Shown: positions 29,553 through 40,796, counted from the stretch's first letter. The stretch: DNA of 61,716 bases from Pelagibacterales bacterium SAG-MED31 (GCA_014653715.1 JACWEB010000003.1:1-61716); one strand, 5' to 3'. Numbers and translations are program-made. The notes: a model not told the origin generated them from the sequence alone.

Positions 29553-30791
29553 TTATGAGTTAATATACTCATTTAAATAGTCATATTTTTTTAAAAAACG
29601 ACCTTCAGCAGTAATTGTGGAATTTAAAATTCTACCGTCATCTTCTTCTAATATGTAAGGTATAACTTCATTAACTATTCCATTGCCAAATTCAGTACTA
29701 GAGTCTCTAGGTAATTCAGATGGTAGATTGTCTACAGCCATAATTGCTAAATTGCTATCAGTTTTTTTTGTTTCAGAAAATATTTTAGTGTTGAGAAAAA
29801 AATTAGGTTCTTCAATCGTTGTAGATTTTATAGTTGTAGGTACAGATCCATCAACATCGCATGTTATGTCACCAATAATTTTAAGTTTTGAAAATTTCTT
29901 CATTTCTTCTTTTGTAAAAATTTTTGGAGAACTTGGATCCCAATAATGAGCGCTAATGAAGAGATCACTTACTTCTAAGTATTCATAAGTTTGTGACTCA
30001 TATTCTCTTGGAAATTCAATAAAATGTTTGAGTTCAAAAGGTTTTTTATTTTTGTGAATGACATAATCTTTAGTTTCTAGGTTGCAATATACAGGATATT
30101 CAAAATTTGATTTTAAAAACTCTTCAGCTGATACTTGCTTTATATTGGTATATTTAAGAAGTTCTTGAACACCATTATTAACCCTTCCATCACCTGTGAC
30201 TAGAAGTTTAAAATTTGGAAAACGTACTTCAGATAAATTATTTTTAATTCTTTCATAATCATTGATTTTATAAGCTCGAGCCAAAGGTTGGAAATTATTT
30301 TGTAATAAAAATAAATTCAAAGTATTATAACAGCCAACAATTCCTGCAAATCTTCCAAATCCTAGATATCTAGCTCCATTTGCAGCACGAATATTCTCAT
30401 AATCAATTAGCTTAATTTTTTTACTTAAAATACTTTTTAATAATTCTTTTTTATCCATTCCAGGAGTACCTTGGGCGTTAGATAATGTTTCTCTATTTAA
30501 TTTATATGTATGGGAAAAAAAAATATAATCTTTGTGTGGAATAAGTTTGTCCACATCTACTTCTTTCACCCCAAATAACAAATCACAACTATCCAAATTC
30601 TCAGATATTTTTGCACCAAATTTTGAATATTCATTATTTTTAAAGGTACGGTTATCACATGGTTGAACGGTAATATTTATATCAGGATATTTATTGATAA
30701 TTAGTGATACTTGGCTAGGTGCTATTGGAGCACGACTTTCATCAGGTCTGCTTTCTTTAAGAATTCCTATAGATTTTATTTTTTTTATCAT
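29553..30791 (-). CDS. Lysine-ketoglutarate reductase / saccharopine dehydrogenase (lysine-forming), AlaDH-PNT fold
   Basis: ESRAPIAP, GVKE, FFSHT, LIDYE, GFGRFAG, GDITCD, MAVDNLPSELPRDSS. Confidence 0.8.
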   Translation of the reverse strand: MIKKIKSIGILKESRPDESRAPIAPSQVSLIINKYPDINITVQPCDNRTFKNNEYSKFGAKISENLDSCDLLFGVKEVDVDKLIPHKDYIFFSHTYKLNRETLSNAQGTPGMDKKELLKSILSKKIKLIDYENIRAANGARYLGFGRFAGIVGCYNTLNLFLLQNNFQPLARAYKINDYERIKNNLSEVRFPNFKLLVTGDGRVNNGVQELLKYTNIKQVSAEEFLKSNFEYPVYCNLETKDYVIHKNKKPFELKHFIEFPREYESQTYEYLEVSDLFISAHYWDPSSPKIFTKEEMKKFSKLKIIGDITCDVDGSVPTTIKSTTIEEPNFFLNTKIFSETKKTDSNLAIMAVDNLPSELPRDSSTEFGNGIVNEVIPYILEEDDGRILNSTITAEGRFLKKYDYLNEYINS

Positions 30792-31912
30792 AAATTATTT
30801 TTTATAAAAATTTTATATTCTTCAAAAGTTTTAAAAAAATAATTTATTAGATTTTCATCGTGAGGTGCAGCTTGAACTCCACTTAGCATTTTATTTTCTA
30901 CTATTAAATCAATTGCGCAAGATAAAGTAATTGATACTAGTTTGCCCATTGCTGTATTTTCCCCAGATCCTTTTTCATCCAATGCATAAAAACTATTAAA
31001 TACTTCTTTACTATCTTTACGAGCTAATAATTTCACAAAAAGAACCACGCGGTCTTTCTCATCTTGGAGATATGGATGTTTTTTCCATAATTCTTCCCCT
31101 AAAATATCAATTTGTTTATTTAATTCTGGTGATTTATTATCAAGCATCTTAAATATATCAGACCAAGCATTTTTCCATCCGTTTAATCTTAGAGTTCCTC
31201 TTACAAACTCTTTTGTTCTCCATTTTGAATCAAATTTATATTCTGAAATATAGGGAGTAGAGTCTCTGTTTGGGTATGCTTCATAAATTTCATTATTAAC
31301 AGTGTATTTCCCAATATTTTTGTATGGTGTTTCAGCGACTTCAATAAAATCTCTTATGAATTTTGCATCATTATTTAATGCCTTAATGACCCCTACTGGA
31401 GACCAGCTAAATTTATATCTAAAATCATTGGGTATAGCAGGAAAACCACCGCAGTATGAATGATATGTTACGTCTAAATTACTTATGTTCATATCCTTTA
31501 ATTTTTTAACGAGTAAGTGAGAAAAGAAATGATCTATACCTGGATCAAGACCAACCTCATTAACAAAAACTAAATTATTTTTTTTAGCATCACTATCTAA
31601 GTTTTGCATATCAGGAGAAATATAACTACTAGTTGCAAAATGACATTTTTTTTTTAGGCATAATTTTGCAATGTCTACGTGTTGATTAGCAGGTAATTGT
31701 GAAACAACTATATCCCCAGCTTTTAAGGTTTGACTGAGAGAGTCAATATCAAATTTTTTTGCTACCACATTTTGTTTACTTACATGGTTAATGCTTTGCT
31801 CAGCTTTTTCTATAGTTCTATTCCAGATAGTTAAATAGTCATAGTTTTGAGCTAATCTTCGAATACCTGGTATAGATGATAGGCCAGTTCCTAACCAATG
31901 AATATGTTGCAT
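30788..31912 (-). CDS. Saccharopine dehydrogenase (glutamate-forming type)
   Basis: HWLGTGLSS, TSSYISP, NEVGLDPGIDH, SYCGG, YKFSWSP, YPNRDS, RGTLR. Confidence 0.88.
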   Translation of the reverse strand: MQHIHWLGTGLSSIPGIRRLAQNYDYLTIWNRTIEKAEQSINHVSKQNVVAKKFDIDSLSQTLKAGDIVVSQLPANQHVDIAKLCLKKKCHFATSSYISPDMQNLDSDAKKNNLVFVNEVGLDPGIDHFFSHLLVKKLKDMNISNLDVTYHSYCGGFPAIPNDFRYKFSWSPVGVIKALNNDAKFIRDFIEVAETPYKNIGKYTVNNEIYEAYPNRDSTPYISEYKFDSKWRTKEFVRGTLRLNGWKNAWSDIFKMLDNKSPELNKQIDILGEELWKKHPYLQDEKDRVVLFVKLLARKDSKEVFNSFYALDEKGSGENTAMGKLVSITLSCAIDLIVENKMLSGVQAAPHDENLINYFFKTFEEYKIFIKNNL

Positions 31913-31976
31913 AGTAATAATTTACTTTTATTTTAAAAAGATTACTACAATAAAAAGTAAATCAAAGCGGTAAAAA

Positions 31977-32786
31977 TTGACAAGTTTAATAATTATTTTT
32001 TTAGTAACTGGAATTATATCAGGTTTTGTGGCCGGCCTCTTAGGAGTAGGCGGAGGTATTATAATTGTTCCAATTAGTTATTTTGTTCTTCTATATTTAG
32101 ATTACTCATCAGATTATGCTATGCATATTGCAATAGCATCTTCCTTGGGCGTAATATGCTTTACTTCAATTTCTTCAATACGTTCTCATATAAAGCTTAG
32201 AAATGTTAATTTTTCTATATTAAGAAAGTGGTCTCCAGGTATAGTTCTGGGTTCTGTATTAGGTTCTTATGGCGCTAGTCTAATTTCAGGTCAAGTATTA
32301 GTTAATATTTTTATTTTATTAGCTTTTCTGATTGCATTAAATATGGCCTTTCAAAAAAATCCTATAATCATTTCTAAAGATCTGCCTAAATTTAAGCTGG
32401 TCAATTTAGTAATTAGTTTTCTCATCGGTTTTATGTCTGTACTAATAGGAATAGGAGGAGGAAGTTTTAGTGTTCCAACATTAACAATGTTCTCAAAAAA
32501 AATATATGAAGCGGTTGGTACTTCTGCAGCTTTAGGTTTCTTTATTGCATTTCCTGGTGCTATTATCCTTATGTTATCAGGTTCTGACATAGATAATTTA
32601 CCACCATTTTCCATTGGTTATCTTAATATAGCTATTGTTTTATTAATTTCTTCGACAAGTATATTTACTGCAAATTTAGGAGCAAATGTTTCTGTAAATG
32701 TTAATAAAGTAACTTTAAGAAGAATATTCTCAATTTTTTTATTGTTTACATGCATAAGTCTAATTATTGAACATTATATAATATAA
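31977..32786 (+). CDS. TauE/SafE family sulfite exporter
   Basis: GLLGVGGG, AIASSL, IGIGGG, AVGTS. Confidence 0.88.
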   Translation: MTSLIIIFLVTGIISGFVAGLLGVGGGIIIVPISYFVLLYLDYSSDYAMHIAIASSLGVICFTSISSIRSHIKLRNVNFSILRKWSPGIVLGSVLGSYGASLISGQVLVNIFILLAFLIALNMAFQKNPIIISKDLPKFKLVNLVISFLIGFMSVLIGIGGGSFSVPTLTMFSKKIYEAVGTSAALGFFIAFPGAIILMLSGSDIDNLPPFSIGYLNIAIVLLISSTSIFTANLGANVSVNVNKVTLRRIFSIFLLFTCISLIIEHYII

Positions 32787-32791
32787 CAAAT

Positions 32792-33994
32792 ATGAATTTT
32801 ATTGCTGATAGACTTAAAAGAATTAAACCTTCAATGACAGTTGGTATTAATGTTAAAGCAAATGCTCTAAGAGCAGAGGGTAAAGATGTTTTAGTTCTTG
32901 CTGCAGGAGAACCTGATTTTGATACACCTTTAAATATTAGAAAAGCTGCTGTTACGGCAATGGAAGAGGGGCAAACTAGATATGTGCCTGGCAAAGGAAC
33001 CCCCGCATTACAAAAAGCAATACAATCAAAATTTTTAAAAGATAATAATCTGAATTATAATTTAGACGAAATAATTGTAGGAGTTGGGGGAAAACATATA
33101 ATTTATAATGCGATGATGGCAACAATTAACCCTGAAGATGAAGTAATTATTCCTGCACCTTTTTGGGTAAGTTATCCTGATATAGTTTTGCTAGCTGAAG
33201 GAAAGCCTGTCATAGTACCTTGTCCAGAGGATCAAAATTTCAAGTTAACCGCTGATCAGTTAGAAAAAAGTATTACTGATAAAACCAAATGGTTAATGTT
33301 GAATAGCCCAAGTAATCCAACTGGTAGTCTTTATTCTAAACAAGAGCTTAAAAAATTAGCAGATGTCTTATTAAGGTATCCGCAAGTTTTAATTATGTCA
33401 GATGATATTTATGAAAAAGTAATTTATGACGATTTAGAATTTTCAACTATAGCTTCTGTTGAACCAAAACTTAAAGATAGATGTCTAACATTAAATGGAG
33501 TGTCTAAATCATACTGTATGACTGGTTGGAGATTAGGATATTGTGGTGCTCCAAAAGAAATTATTGCTGCTATGAATAAAATTCAATCTCAAAGTACTAC
33601 CTCTACCTCTTCAATTTCTATGGCCGCTTCTGTAGAAGCATTGAATGGCTCTCAAGATTTCATTGATGAACATAATCAGGCATTTGTTAGAAGAAGAGAT
33701 CTTGTTGTAAATTTACTAAATCAAATTGATGGTTTAAATTGTCTAACACCACAAGGGGCTTTTTATGTTTACCCATCATGTGCTGGTGTAATAGGCAAGG
33801 AAACTCCAGAAGGAAAAAAAATCTCTAATGATGAAGATTTTATGAGTTACCTTTTAGAAAGCGAAGGTATAGCTGGTGTTCATGGAGCAGCTTTTGGTTT
33901 ATCTCCCTATTTCAGATTGTCGTATGCAACTAGTGATGAAACTCTAAAAGATGCCTGTGCAAGAATTAAAAGAGCGTGCGAAAAGCTTAAGTAA
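32792..33994 (+). CDS. Aspartate aminotransferase (class I/II PLP)
   Basis: GEPDFDTP, NSPSNPTG, DDIYE, SKSYCMTGWRLG, FRLSYA. Confidence 0.92.
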   Translation: MNFIADRLKRIKPSMTVGINVKANALRAEGKDVLVLAAGEPDFDTPLNIRKAAVTAMEEGQTRYVPGKGTPALQKAIQSKFLKDNNLNYNLDEIIVGVGGKHIIYNAMMATINPEDEVIIPAPFWVSYPDIVLLAEGKPVIVPCPEDQNFKLTADQLEKSITDKTKWLMLNSPSNPTGSLYSKQELKKLADVLLRYPQVLIMSDDIYEKVIYDDLEFSTIASVEPKLKDRCLTLNGVSKSYCMTGWRLGYCGAPKEIIAAMNKIQSQSTTSTSSISMAASVEALNGSQDFIDEHNQAFVRRRDLVVNLLNQIDGLNCLTPQGAFYVYPSCAGVIGKETPEGKKISNDEDFMSYLLESEGIAGVHGAAFGLSPYFRLSYATSDETLKDACARIKRACEKLK

Positions 33995-35426
33995 GATCTT
34001 TATCATCAATTATTTTGGCTATTCTCAACAAATTAGTCGAGCCTGCATTTCCAAAAGGAACTCCTGCAGTAATGATTACACTATCATCTGCTTTAACTAA
34101 GTTTTTATTTTTAACTACACTACATGCAATATTTACCATTTCAGTTGTATTAGCTGCATCTTTAGTAGAATAACAAGAATTAACACCCCATATGATTTGC
34201 ATTTTTCTTGCAGTTTTAATATTTGGAGAAAGACCTATAATTTGAACAGGAGCTCTTTCCCTTGCCATTCTCATTGTGGTTTTTCCACTAACAGAAAAAG
34301 TTATTATTGCCTTTGCACCTGCATTATTTGCAATTGAATAAGCTGCATTTGTAATTGCATCTGTATTATCAATTTTTCTATCAGAGTCTAAATTGTCAAT
34401 TTCTAGATTAAAATTATTTTTATCTTTTTCAACATTCTCAATAATATTATTCATTGTTGATACTGATTCTAATGGGTAATGCCCAACTGCAGATTCACCA
34501 GATAGCATCACAGCATCAGTTCCATCATAAATTGCATTAGCAACATCAGATGCTTCAGCTCTTGTTGGAACTAAATTTGAGATCATACTCTCTAACATTT
34601 GTGTAGCAACTACTACTGGTTTACCAAAATGACGGCATCTTTTGATAATATTTTTTTGAACAATTGGAACTTTTTCAGTAGGCATCTCAACACCAAGATC
34701 ACCTCTTGCAATCATAATACCATCAGCAACTTTAATGATATCATCAATATTTTTAACGGCAGATGGTTTTTCTATTTTAGCCATTATCATGGCCTTTCCA
34801 TCAACAATTTTCTTTAATTTAATTATATCTTCAGATTGTTGCACAAAAGAAAGTGCTACCCAATCGACATTCATTTCAAGAGCTTTTTGCAAATCTGCCC
34901 TATCTTTATTTGTCATTGAGTCTATTGGAAGAATTATGTCGGGAATATTTACACCTTTATTGTTTGAAATGACTCCATCATTTAAAACTTCAGTAATTAA
35001 TTGATTTTTATGTTGTTCAATGACTTGTAGTCTTATTCTTCCATCATTTATTAATAGTGTGGTGTTAGGCGTTAAATGATCATAAATTTCAGAGTGAGGA
35101 AAATTAACTCGTTTGTCATCACCTAATACTGAATTTGTGTCTAAGATAAATTTTTGTCCTTTTTTTAGAGACTCTTCAGTATTTTTAAACTCTCCAACTC
35201 GCAGTTTTGGGCCTTGTAAATCTGCTAAAATACATGATGCATGATCATATTTTTTCTCTAAAGCTCTTATACTTTCTAAATTTTGACGGTGAGTTTCTAC
35301 TGATCCATGGGAGAAGTTTAGTCTAAAAACATCACATCCAACCTTAAACAGACTCTCAATTATATCACTTGAAGATGATGCAGGACCTAAAGTTGCTAAA
35401 ATTTTAGCTTTTCTATTACGTTTCAT
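33987..35426 (-). CDS. pyk: Pyruvate kinase
   Basis: ATLGPAS, RLNFSHG, DLQGPK, AKIE, IARGDLGVE, ATQMLESM, PTRAE. Confidence 0.98.
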   Translation of the reverse strand: MKRNRKAKILATLGPASSSSDIIESLFKVGCDVFRLNFSHGSVETHRQNLESIRALEKKYDHASCILADLQGPKLRVGEFKNTEESLKKGQKFILDTNSVLGDDKRVNFPHSEIYDHLTPNTTLLINDGRIRLQVIEQHKNQLITEVLNDGVISNNKGVNIPDIILPIDSMTNKDRADLQKALEMNVDWVALSFVQQSEDIIKLKKIVDGKAMIMAKIEKPSAVKNIDDIIKVADGIMIARGDLGVEMPTEKVPIVQKNIIKRCRHFGKPVVVATQMLESMISNLVPTRAEASDVANAIYDGTDAVMLSGESAVGHYPLESVSTMNNIIENVEKDKNNFNLEIDNLDSDRKIDNTDAITNAAYSIANNAGAKAIITFSVSGKTTMRMARERAPVQIIGLSPNIKTARKMQIIWGVNSCYSTKDAANTTEMVNIACSVVKNKNLVKADDSVIITAGVPFGNAGSTNLLRIAKIIDDKDLT

Positions 35427-35484
35427 TTTTTTTATATATGTTTATATATTTAATTTAACTAAATTTAAACTTAATTGAGTCATT

Positions 35485-35769
35485 ATGAATGAAAAATTTG
35501 ATAGAGAATTATTGGCAGATGTTGCTGAAAGATTAATAACACATTTGCAAACAAGAACTGATGTTCAAAATATAGATTTAATGAATCTATCAGGGTTTTG
35601 TAGAAACTGTTTATCTAAATGGTATTTAGCAGCTGCTGAAAAAAAAAATATTTCCTTAGATTATAATCAATCAAGAGAATTAGTTTACGGAATGCCCTAC
35701 GATGAATGGAAGAGTAAATATCAAAAAGAAGCTACTGAAGAACAAATAAAAGATTTTAATAATAAATAA
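35485..35769 (+). CDS. DUF1244 family protein
   Basis: DVQNIDLMNLSGFCRNCLSKWY, YGMPYDEWK. Confidence 0.85.
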   Translation: MNEKFDRELLADVAERLITHLQTRTDVQNIDLMNLSGFCRNCLSKWYLAAAEKKNISLDYNQSRELVYGMPYDEWKSKYQKEATEEQIKDFNNK

Positions 35770-35771
35770 TA

Positions 35772-37595
35772 TTAATAAAGTTTTTCTAATTGATCTCTAT
35801 ATTTATCTTTTACAGCAAAACGACGAACTTTCATTGAGACAGTCATCATACTATTCTCAATTGTAAATTCATGATCTATTAGTATAAATTTTCTTACTTG
35901 CTCAATTACAGATAAATTTTTATTTACCTTGTTCACAACTTCTTTCATTGTTTTATTAAAATTTTCATCCTTAACAATTGATTCAAAGACCTGATCTTTG
36001 GAATTTTCTTTTGCCCAATTTATTGCAAAGTCTTTATCAGGAACAATAACTGCAACAAGATAATTTTTATAATCTCCATATAGCATAGATTGAGCTATCT
36101 CTGGCTCTATATCTAGTTTTGCTTCTACTCTTGTAGGTGAAATATTGTCTCCACCAGCATTAACTAAGATATCTTTTTTTCTATCAGTAATTTTAAGGTA
36201 ATCTTCATCATCAAATTCACCTATGTCTCCTGTGTGAACCCAGCCATTGATGAGAGTTTTAGATGTTGCATCTGGGTCATTCCAATATCCATTCATGACG
36301 TTTTCCCCACTGACTAATATTTCTCCATCTTCAGCAATCTTTACTTTAACTCCATGAAAAAGTGGTCCAACAGTATCTAATTTAACTTTTTCTGGAGGAT
36401 TGGCAGAAACAACTGGAGCAGTTTCTGTTTGACCATATCCTTGCAATAAGGGCAAACCAAGAGCTGTCAAATACAGACCTACTTCAAAGTTAAGAGCTGA
36501 GCCTCCTGAAATAAGAGCTTTTAATGCTCCGCCAAATCTTTTATTTACTTTCCTTCTAACTAATTTATCAAGAATATTATTTATCAAATTTTCAATAAAG
36601 CTTAATTTTTCTCCATTATATTTTTTCTTTCCTAATCTAAGAGTTGCTGCAAAAAGAGTTCGGCTAAGTTTACCTTGTTTTTTTAGACCTTGTGAAATTC
36701 TTGTATGTAAGGAGTCATAAAATCTTGGTACAGCAGTCATAAAGTGAGGACTAACTTCACCCATATTAACAACTAGTTTATCAATTCCCTCAGAATAGTA
36801 AACTTGAGCCCCAATACCTAAAGTAAAAAACTGTAAAGTATGTTCATATGAGTGCGATAAAGGTAACCATGATAAAAATTTAATTTCATCCATACCTTCT
36901 AAAAGATTTTTTAATAATATTTGTGCTCCTGTGCAATTAGCTAACATCGCTCCATGACTGAGCATCACACCTTTTGGATTTCCACCTGTTCCTGATGTGT
37001 AAATAATGCATGCAGTATCTGATCTTTTGATAGATTGAATTTCACTATCAAAGTCATAATTTTTATAATCCTCACTCTCAATATTTTTAAAAGCATCATC
37101 TGTATTTTTTTCAATAAGCTTGTGCCACTGGGAAATATTAACAGGATTATTATATGATTGACCATCTTTATTAATCTTTATTACACTCTTGCAGTCTGCA
37201 GAACTCTCCACAGCTGGTAGAGCTTTAAGACAAAGCTCATGAGATGAGATGATTATGCATCTTGCACCTGAATGATTGATTATATGCCTATAATCGGCTG
37301 TTGTACTTGTAGTATATACTGGGACAGTTATTGCTCCAATCGACATAATGGCTAAATCTGAAATTTGCCATTCAGGTCTATTCTCTGATAATATTATAAC
37401 TCTATCTCCTTTTAAAACACCTAAATCTATAAGTGATCTTGCTAAAGACTTTACTGATAATTCAATGTCTTCCCAAGACAATGATTCAAATTTATTTTTA
37501 TTTTTTTTCCATAAATAAGGATTGTCTTTCATCTCTTTTGATTTTTCGAAAAACATACTGACAATGTTATTATAATTATCAAAATTGATGGACAT
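35772..37595 (-). CDS. Long-chain fatty acid-CoA ligase
   Basis: IYTSGTGGNPKG, LPLSH, QGYGQTE, TGDIG, ITDRKKD. Confidence 0.92.
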   Translation of the reverse strand: MSINFDNYNNIVSMFFEKSKEMKDNPYLWKKNKNKFESLSWEDIELSVKSLARSLIDLGVLKGDRVIILSENRPEWQISDLAIMSIGAITVPVYTTSTTADYRHIINHSGARCIIISSHELCLKALPAVESSADCKSVIKINKDGQSYNNPVNISQWHKLIEKNTDDAFKNIESEDYKNYDFDSEIQSIKRSDTACIIYTSGTGGNPKGVMLSHGAMLANCTGAQILLKNLLEGMDEIKFLSWLPLSHSYEHTLQFFTLGIGAQVYYSEGIDKLVVNMGEVSPHFMTAVPRFYDSLHTRISQGLKKQGKLSRTLFAATLRLGKKKYNGEKLSFIENLINNILDKLVRRKVNKRFGGALKALISGGSALNFEVGLYLTALGLPLLQGYGQTETAPVVSANPPEKVKLDTVGPLFHGVKVKIAEDGEILVSGENVMNGYWNDPDATSKTLINGWVHTGDIGEFDDEDYLKITDRKKDILVNAGGDNISPTRVEAKLDIEPEIAQSMLYGDYKNYLVAVIVPDKDFAINWAKENSKDQVFESIVKDENFNKTMKEVVNKVNKNLSVIEQVRKFILIDHEFTIENSMMTVSMKVRRFAVKDKYRDQLEKLY

Positions 37596-37649
37596 TTGAC
37601 TTTACCTCCCTACAAACACTATAATTAATACCTATATTAATTTCATACT

Positions 37650-39449
37650 ATGAATACAAAAAATAATCAAACTAATGCATCAAAAAACTTTGGAAAATTG
37701 CCAATTTGGAACCTGAAAGATTTATATCTTTCTCAAAATGATAAGTGCCTATCTAGAGATTTAAACAATATTAAGAATGATACTCTTAAGTTTGAAAAAA
37801 AATATTTAAATAAAGTTAAGAACTTATCAGCTGAAAATTTGTACACAGCCATTAATCAACTAGAACAAATAGATGTATTGATGGATAAAGTGTTATCTTA
37901 TGCTCATTTATTAGTTGCTGAAGATGGTAATAATGAAAAAAATAAAATTTTTTTTCAGCAAATGCAAGAAAAGATAACTAATTACGCTTCTTCAATAATT
38001 TTTTTCACACTAGAATTAAATCAAATTCCTGAAAAACAAATCAATAAATTGGTTAAAAATCAAAAATTACAAATATATAAAAACTGGATTATTAATAAGC
38101 GCTCCTTCAAACCTTATCAGCTAGATCTAAAAATTGAAAAAATTCTTCAAGATAAAAGTATTACTTCTCACTCAGCATGGGTAAGATTGTTTGATGATTT
38201 AATAGCATCTTTAAAATTCCCATTTAAAAAAGAAGAGTTAAGTAGTGCACAAATATTTAATTATTTGTCTGACAAAAATGAGTCTACTAGAAAATTGGCA
38301 GCTAAATCAGTTGGAAGAGTGTTAGGGAGTAATATTAAAGTATTTTCTACAATTACAAATACCTTAGCAAAAGATAAGTCAATCAACGATAGTTGGAGAA
38401 AACTTCCAACACCCGTAAGTGCAAGAAATTTATCAAATGTTGTTGAGGATTCTGTTGTAGATAGTCTTGTTAGCTCGGTTATTGAATATTATCCAAAACT
38501 ATCACATCGATATTATGCACTAAAAGCAGAATGGTTTAAAAAAAAATATCTTATGTACTGGGATAGAAATGCCCCCTTACCTTTCCAAAGTTCTAAAACT
38601 TTTACTTGGAGCGAGGCACAAAATACAGTTGTTAATGCATATTCAGGATTTAATCTGAATATAGGAAATATTGTAAAAAAATTCTTTGATAAAAAGTGGA
38701 TTCATGCTCCAGTTCTTGATGGTAAATCACCCGGAGCTTTTGCAGCTTCTACTGTAGCTTCTTCTCACCCTTTTATTCTTGTTAATTTTCAGGGAAAAAC
38801 TAGAGATGTCTCAACTTTAGCTCACGAACTAGGACATGGAGTTCATCAATATTTAGCTGGTAAAAATCAAACACATTTTAATGCCTCAACCCCTTTAACT
38901 CTTGCAGAAACTGCTAGTGTATTTGGAGAAATGCTTACATTTAAATTAATACTTGAACAGGCAAACTCTAAAAAAGAAAGAAAAGCCCTTCTGGCAAATA
39001 AAGTAGAGGATATGCTTAATACAGTTATTAGGCAAATTGCTTTTTTTCAATTTGAAAAAGAAATTCATACTTTTAGAAAAAATTCAGAATTGAGCATTGA
39101 TCAAATATGCACAATTTGGATGGATGTTCAAAAAGCAAGCTTGGGACCATCCATCAAATATGAAGAAGAATATAAATATTTTTGGAGCTATATTCCTCAT
39201 TTTATTCATTCTCCATTTTATGTGTATGCATATGCGTTTGGAGATTGCTTAGTTAATTCTTTATTTAATACTTATGAAAAAGGCCTAACTAATTTTGATG
39301 ATAAATATATTAACCTTCTTAAAAGTGGAGGTTCTAAAAAATATGATGAATTGTTTAGTCCGTTTAATTTAAATTTATCAAAAAAATCTTTTTGGAAAAA
39401 AGGTTTAAACGTCATTGAAAGTTTTATTGACGAATTGGAAACTTTGTAA
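37650..39449 (+). CDS. pepF: Oligoendopeptidase F (M3B)
   Basis: WNLKDLY, GKSPGAF, HELGH zinc motif, AETAS, PHF, FYVYAY. Confidence 0.9.
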   Translation: MNTKNNQTNASKNFGKLPIWNLKDLYLSQNDKCLSRDLNNIKNDTLKFEKKYLNKVKNLSAENLYTAINQLEQIDVLMDKVLSYAHLLVAEDGNNEKNKIFFQQMQEKITNYASSIIFFTLELNQIPEKQINKLVKNQKLQIYKNWIINKRSFKPYQLDLKIEKILQDKSITSHSAWVRLFDDLIASLKFPFKKEELSSAQIFNYLSDKNESTRKLAAKSVGRVLGSNIKVFSTITNTLAKDKSINDSWRKLPTPVSARNLSNVVEDSVVDSLVSSVIEYYPKLSHRYYALKAEWFKKKYLMYWDRNAPLPFQSSKTFTWSEAQNTVVNAYSGFNLNIGNIVKKFFDKKWIHAPVLDGKSPGAFAASTVASSHPFILVNFQGKTRDVSTLAHELGHGVHQYLAGKNQTHFNASTPLTLAETASVFGEMLTFKLILEQANSKKERKALLANKVEDMLNTVIRQIAFFQFEKEIHTFRKNSELSIDQICTIWMDVQKASLGPSIKYEEEYKYFWSYIPHFIHSPFYVYAYAFGDCLVNSLFNTYEKGLTNFDDKYINLLKSGGSKKYDELFSPFNLNLSKKSFWKKGLNVIESFIDELETL

Positions 39450-40784
39450 ATGGCAGATAAAGAGTCACGATCGATTGCTAAGCAAGTAAAAAGATATGCC
39501 CAAGTTGGTGGAATTGTAGGTAAGTTAGCTACTAAGTTAGCAAGTCAAAAATATCTTGGTGTAAAACTAGATAAAGAAAAGCATGCATTAGAAATTAGAG
39601 AAGCTCTTGGAGGGATAAAGGGCCCTCTTATGAAAGTGGCACAGCTTTCTGCGACAATACCCGATTTATTACCTGATGAATACACAAAGGAGTTATTGCA
39701 TTTGCAATCTAATGCTCCACCAATGGGTTGGTTATTTGTTAAAAGAAGAATGGCAACGGAATTATCTCACAATTGGCAAAAACAATTCAAAGAATTTGAT
39801 AAGGAGGCAACTAGAGCAGCTTCCTTAGGTCAAGTGCATAAAGCAGTCACAAACAATGGTGAAACAGTAGCATGCAAACTTCAATATCCAGATATGCAAT
39901 CTGCTGTCAGTGCTGACTTATCACAATTAAAAATGATTTTTTCCATTTACCAAAGTTATAACAAGGCAATTAAAACTGATGAAGTTTATAAAGAAATTAC
40001 AGAAAGATTGACTGAGGAGTTAGATTACGAAAGAGAAAAAAAATTAATGACTGTTTTTGGAAAAATTTTTTCAAAAAATAATTTCATTCACGTTCCAAAA
40101 ACTTATGATAAATTAAGTTCAAAAAGATTGTTAACTATGTCTTGGTTAGAGGGGAAATCTATTTTAACTTATAAAGATGAAAAAAAAGATATAAGAAATT
40201 CTCTTGCAAGAAATATGTATTATGCATGGTACAAACCTTTTTTTGATTATGGTGTAATACACGGAGACCCTCATATGGGAAATTATTCAGTTCAAGATAA
40301 TCTAGGTATTAACCTGTATGATTTTGGGTGTATGAGAATTTTTAAATCAAAATTCATTCAAGGAGTTATAGATCTATATTTTGCCCTTCAAAAAAATGAT
40401 AAAGCTCTTGCAGTGCACGCCTATGAACAATGGGGTTTTGATGATATTACTAAAGAAAAACTCGATATATTAAGCAAATGGGCAAACTTTTTATATGCAC
40501 CTTTAATGAAGGATAAGGTTCAAAAAATTCAAGAGAGTGATAGTGGTATATATGGTGCTCAAATAGCATCTGAAGTTCATAAAGAATTAAAAAAAATTGG
40601 TGGTGTTAAACCGCCAAAAGAGTTTGTGTTTATGGATAGGGCGGCTGTTGGTCTTGGTTCTGTATTCATGCATTTAAGAGCTGAAGTCAATTGGTATAAA
40701 GTATTCCATGAACTAATTGAGAATTTTAATCAAAAAAAATTAACAGAAAGACAACAAAATACTTTAAAACTAGTTAACCTATAA
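39450..40784 (+). CDS. ABC1/UbiB/COQ8 family atypical kinase
   Basis: MKVAQ, AASLGQVH, KLQYP, ELDY, HGDPHMGN, YDFG. Confidence 0.9.
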   Translation: MADKESRSIAKQVKRYAQVGGIVGKLATKLASQKYLGVKLDKEKHALEIREALGGIKGPLMKVAQLSATIPDLLPDEYTKELLHLQSNAPPMGWLFVKRRMATELSHNWQKQFKEFDKEATRAASLGQVHKAVTNNGETVACKLQYPDMQSAVSADLSQLKMIFSIYQSYNKAIKTDEVYKEITERLTEELDYEREKKLMTVFGKIFSKNNFIHVPKTYDKLSSKRLLTMSWLEGKSILTYKDEKKDIRNSLARNMYYAWYKPFFDYGVIHGDPHMGNYSVQDNLGINLYDFGCMRIFKSKFIQGVIDLYFALQKNDKALAVHAYEQWGFDDITKEKLDILSKWANFLYAPLMKDKVQKIQESDSGIYGAQIASEVHKELKKIGGVKPPKEFVFMDRAAVGLGSVFMHLRAEVNWYKVFHELIENFNQKKLTERQQNTLKLVNL

Positions 40785-40796
40785 TTATAAGCTCTT

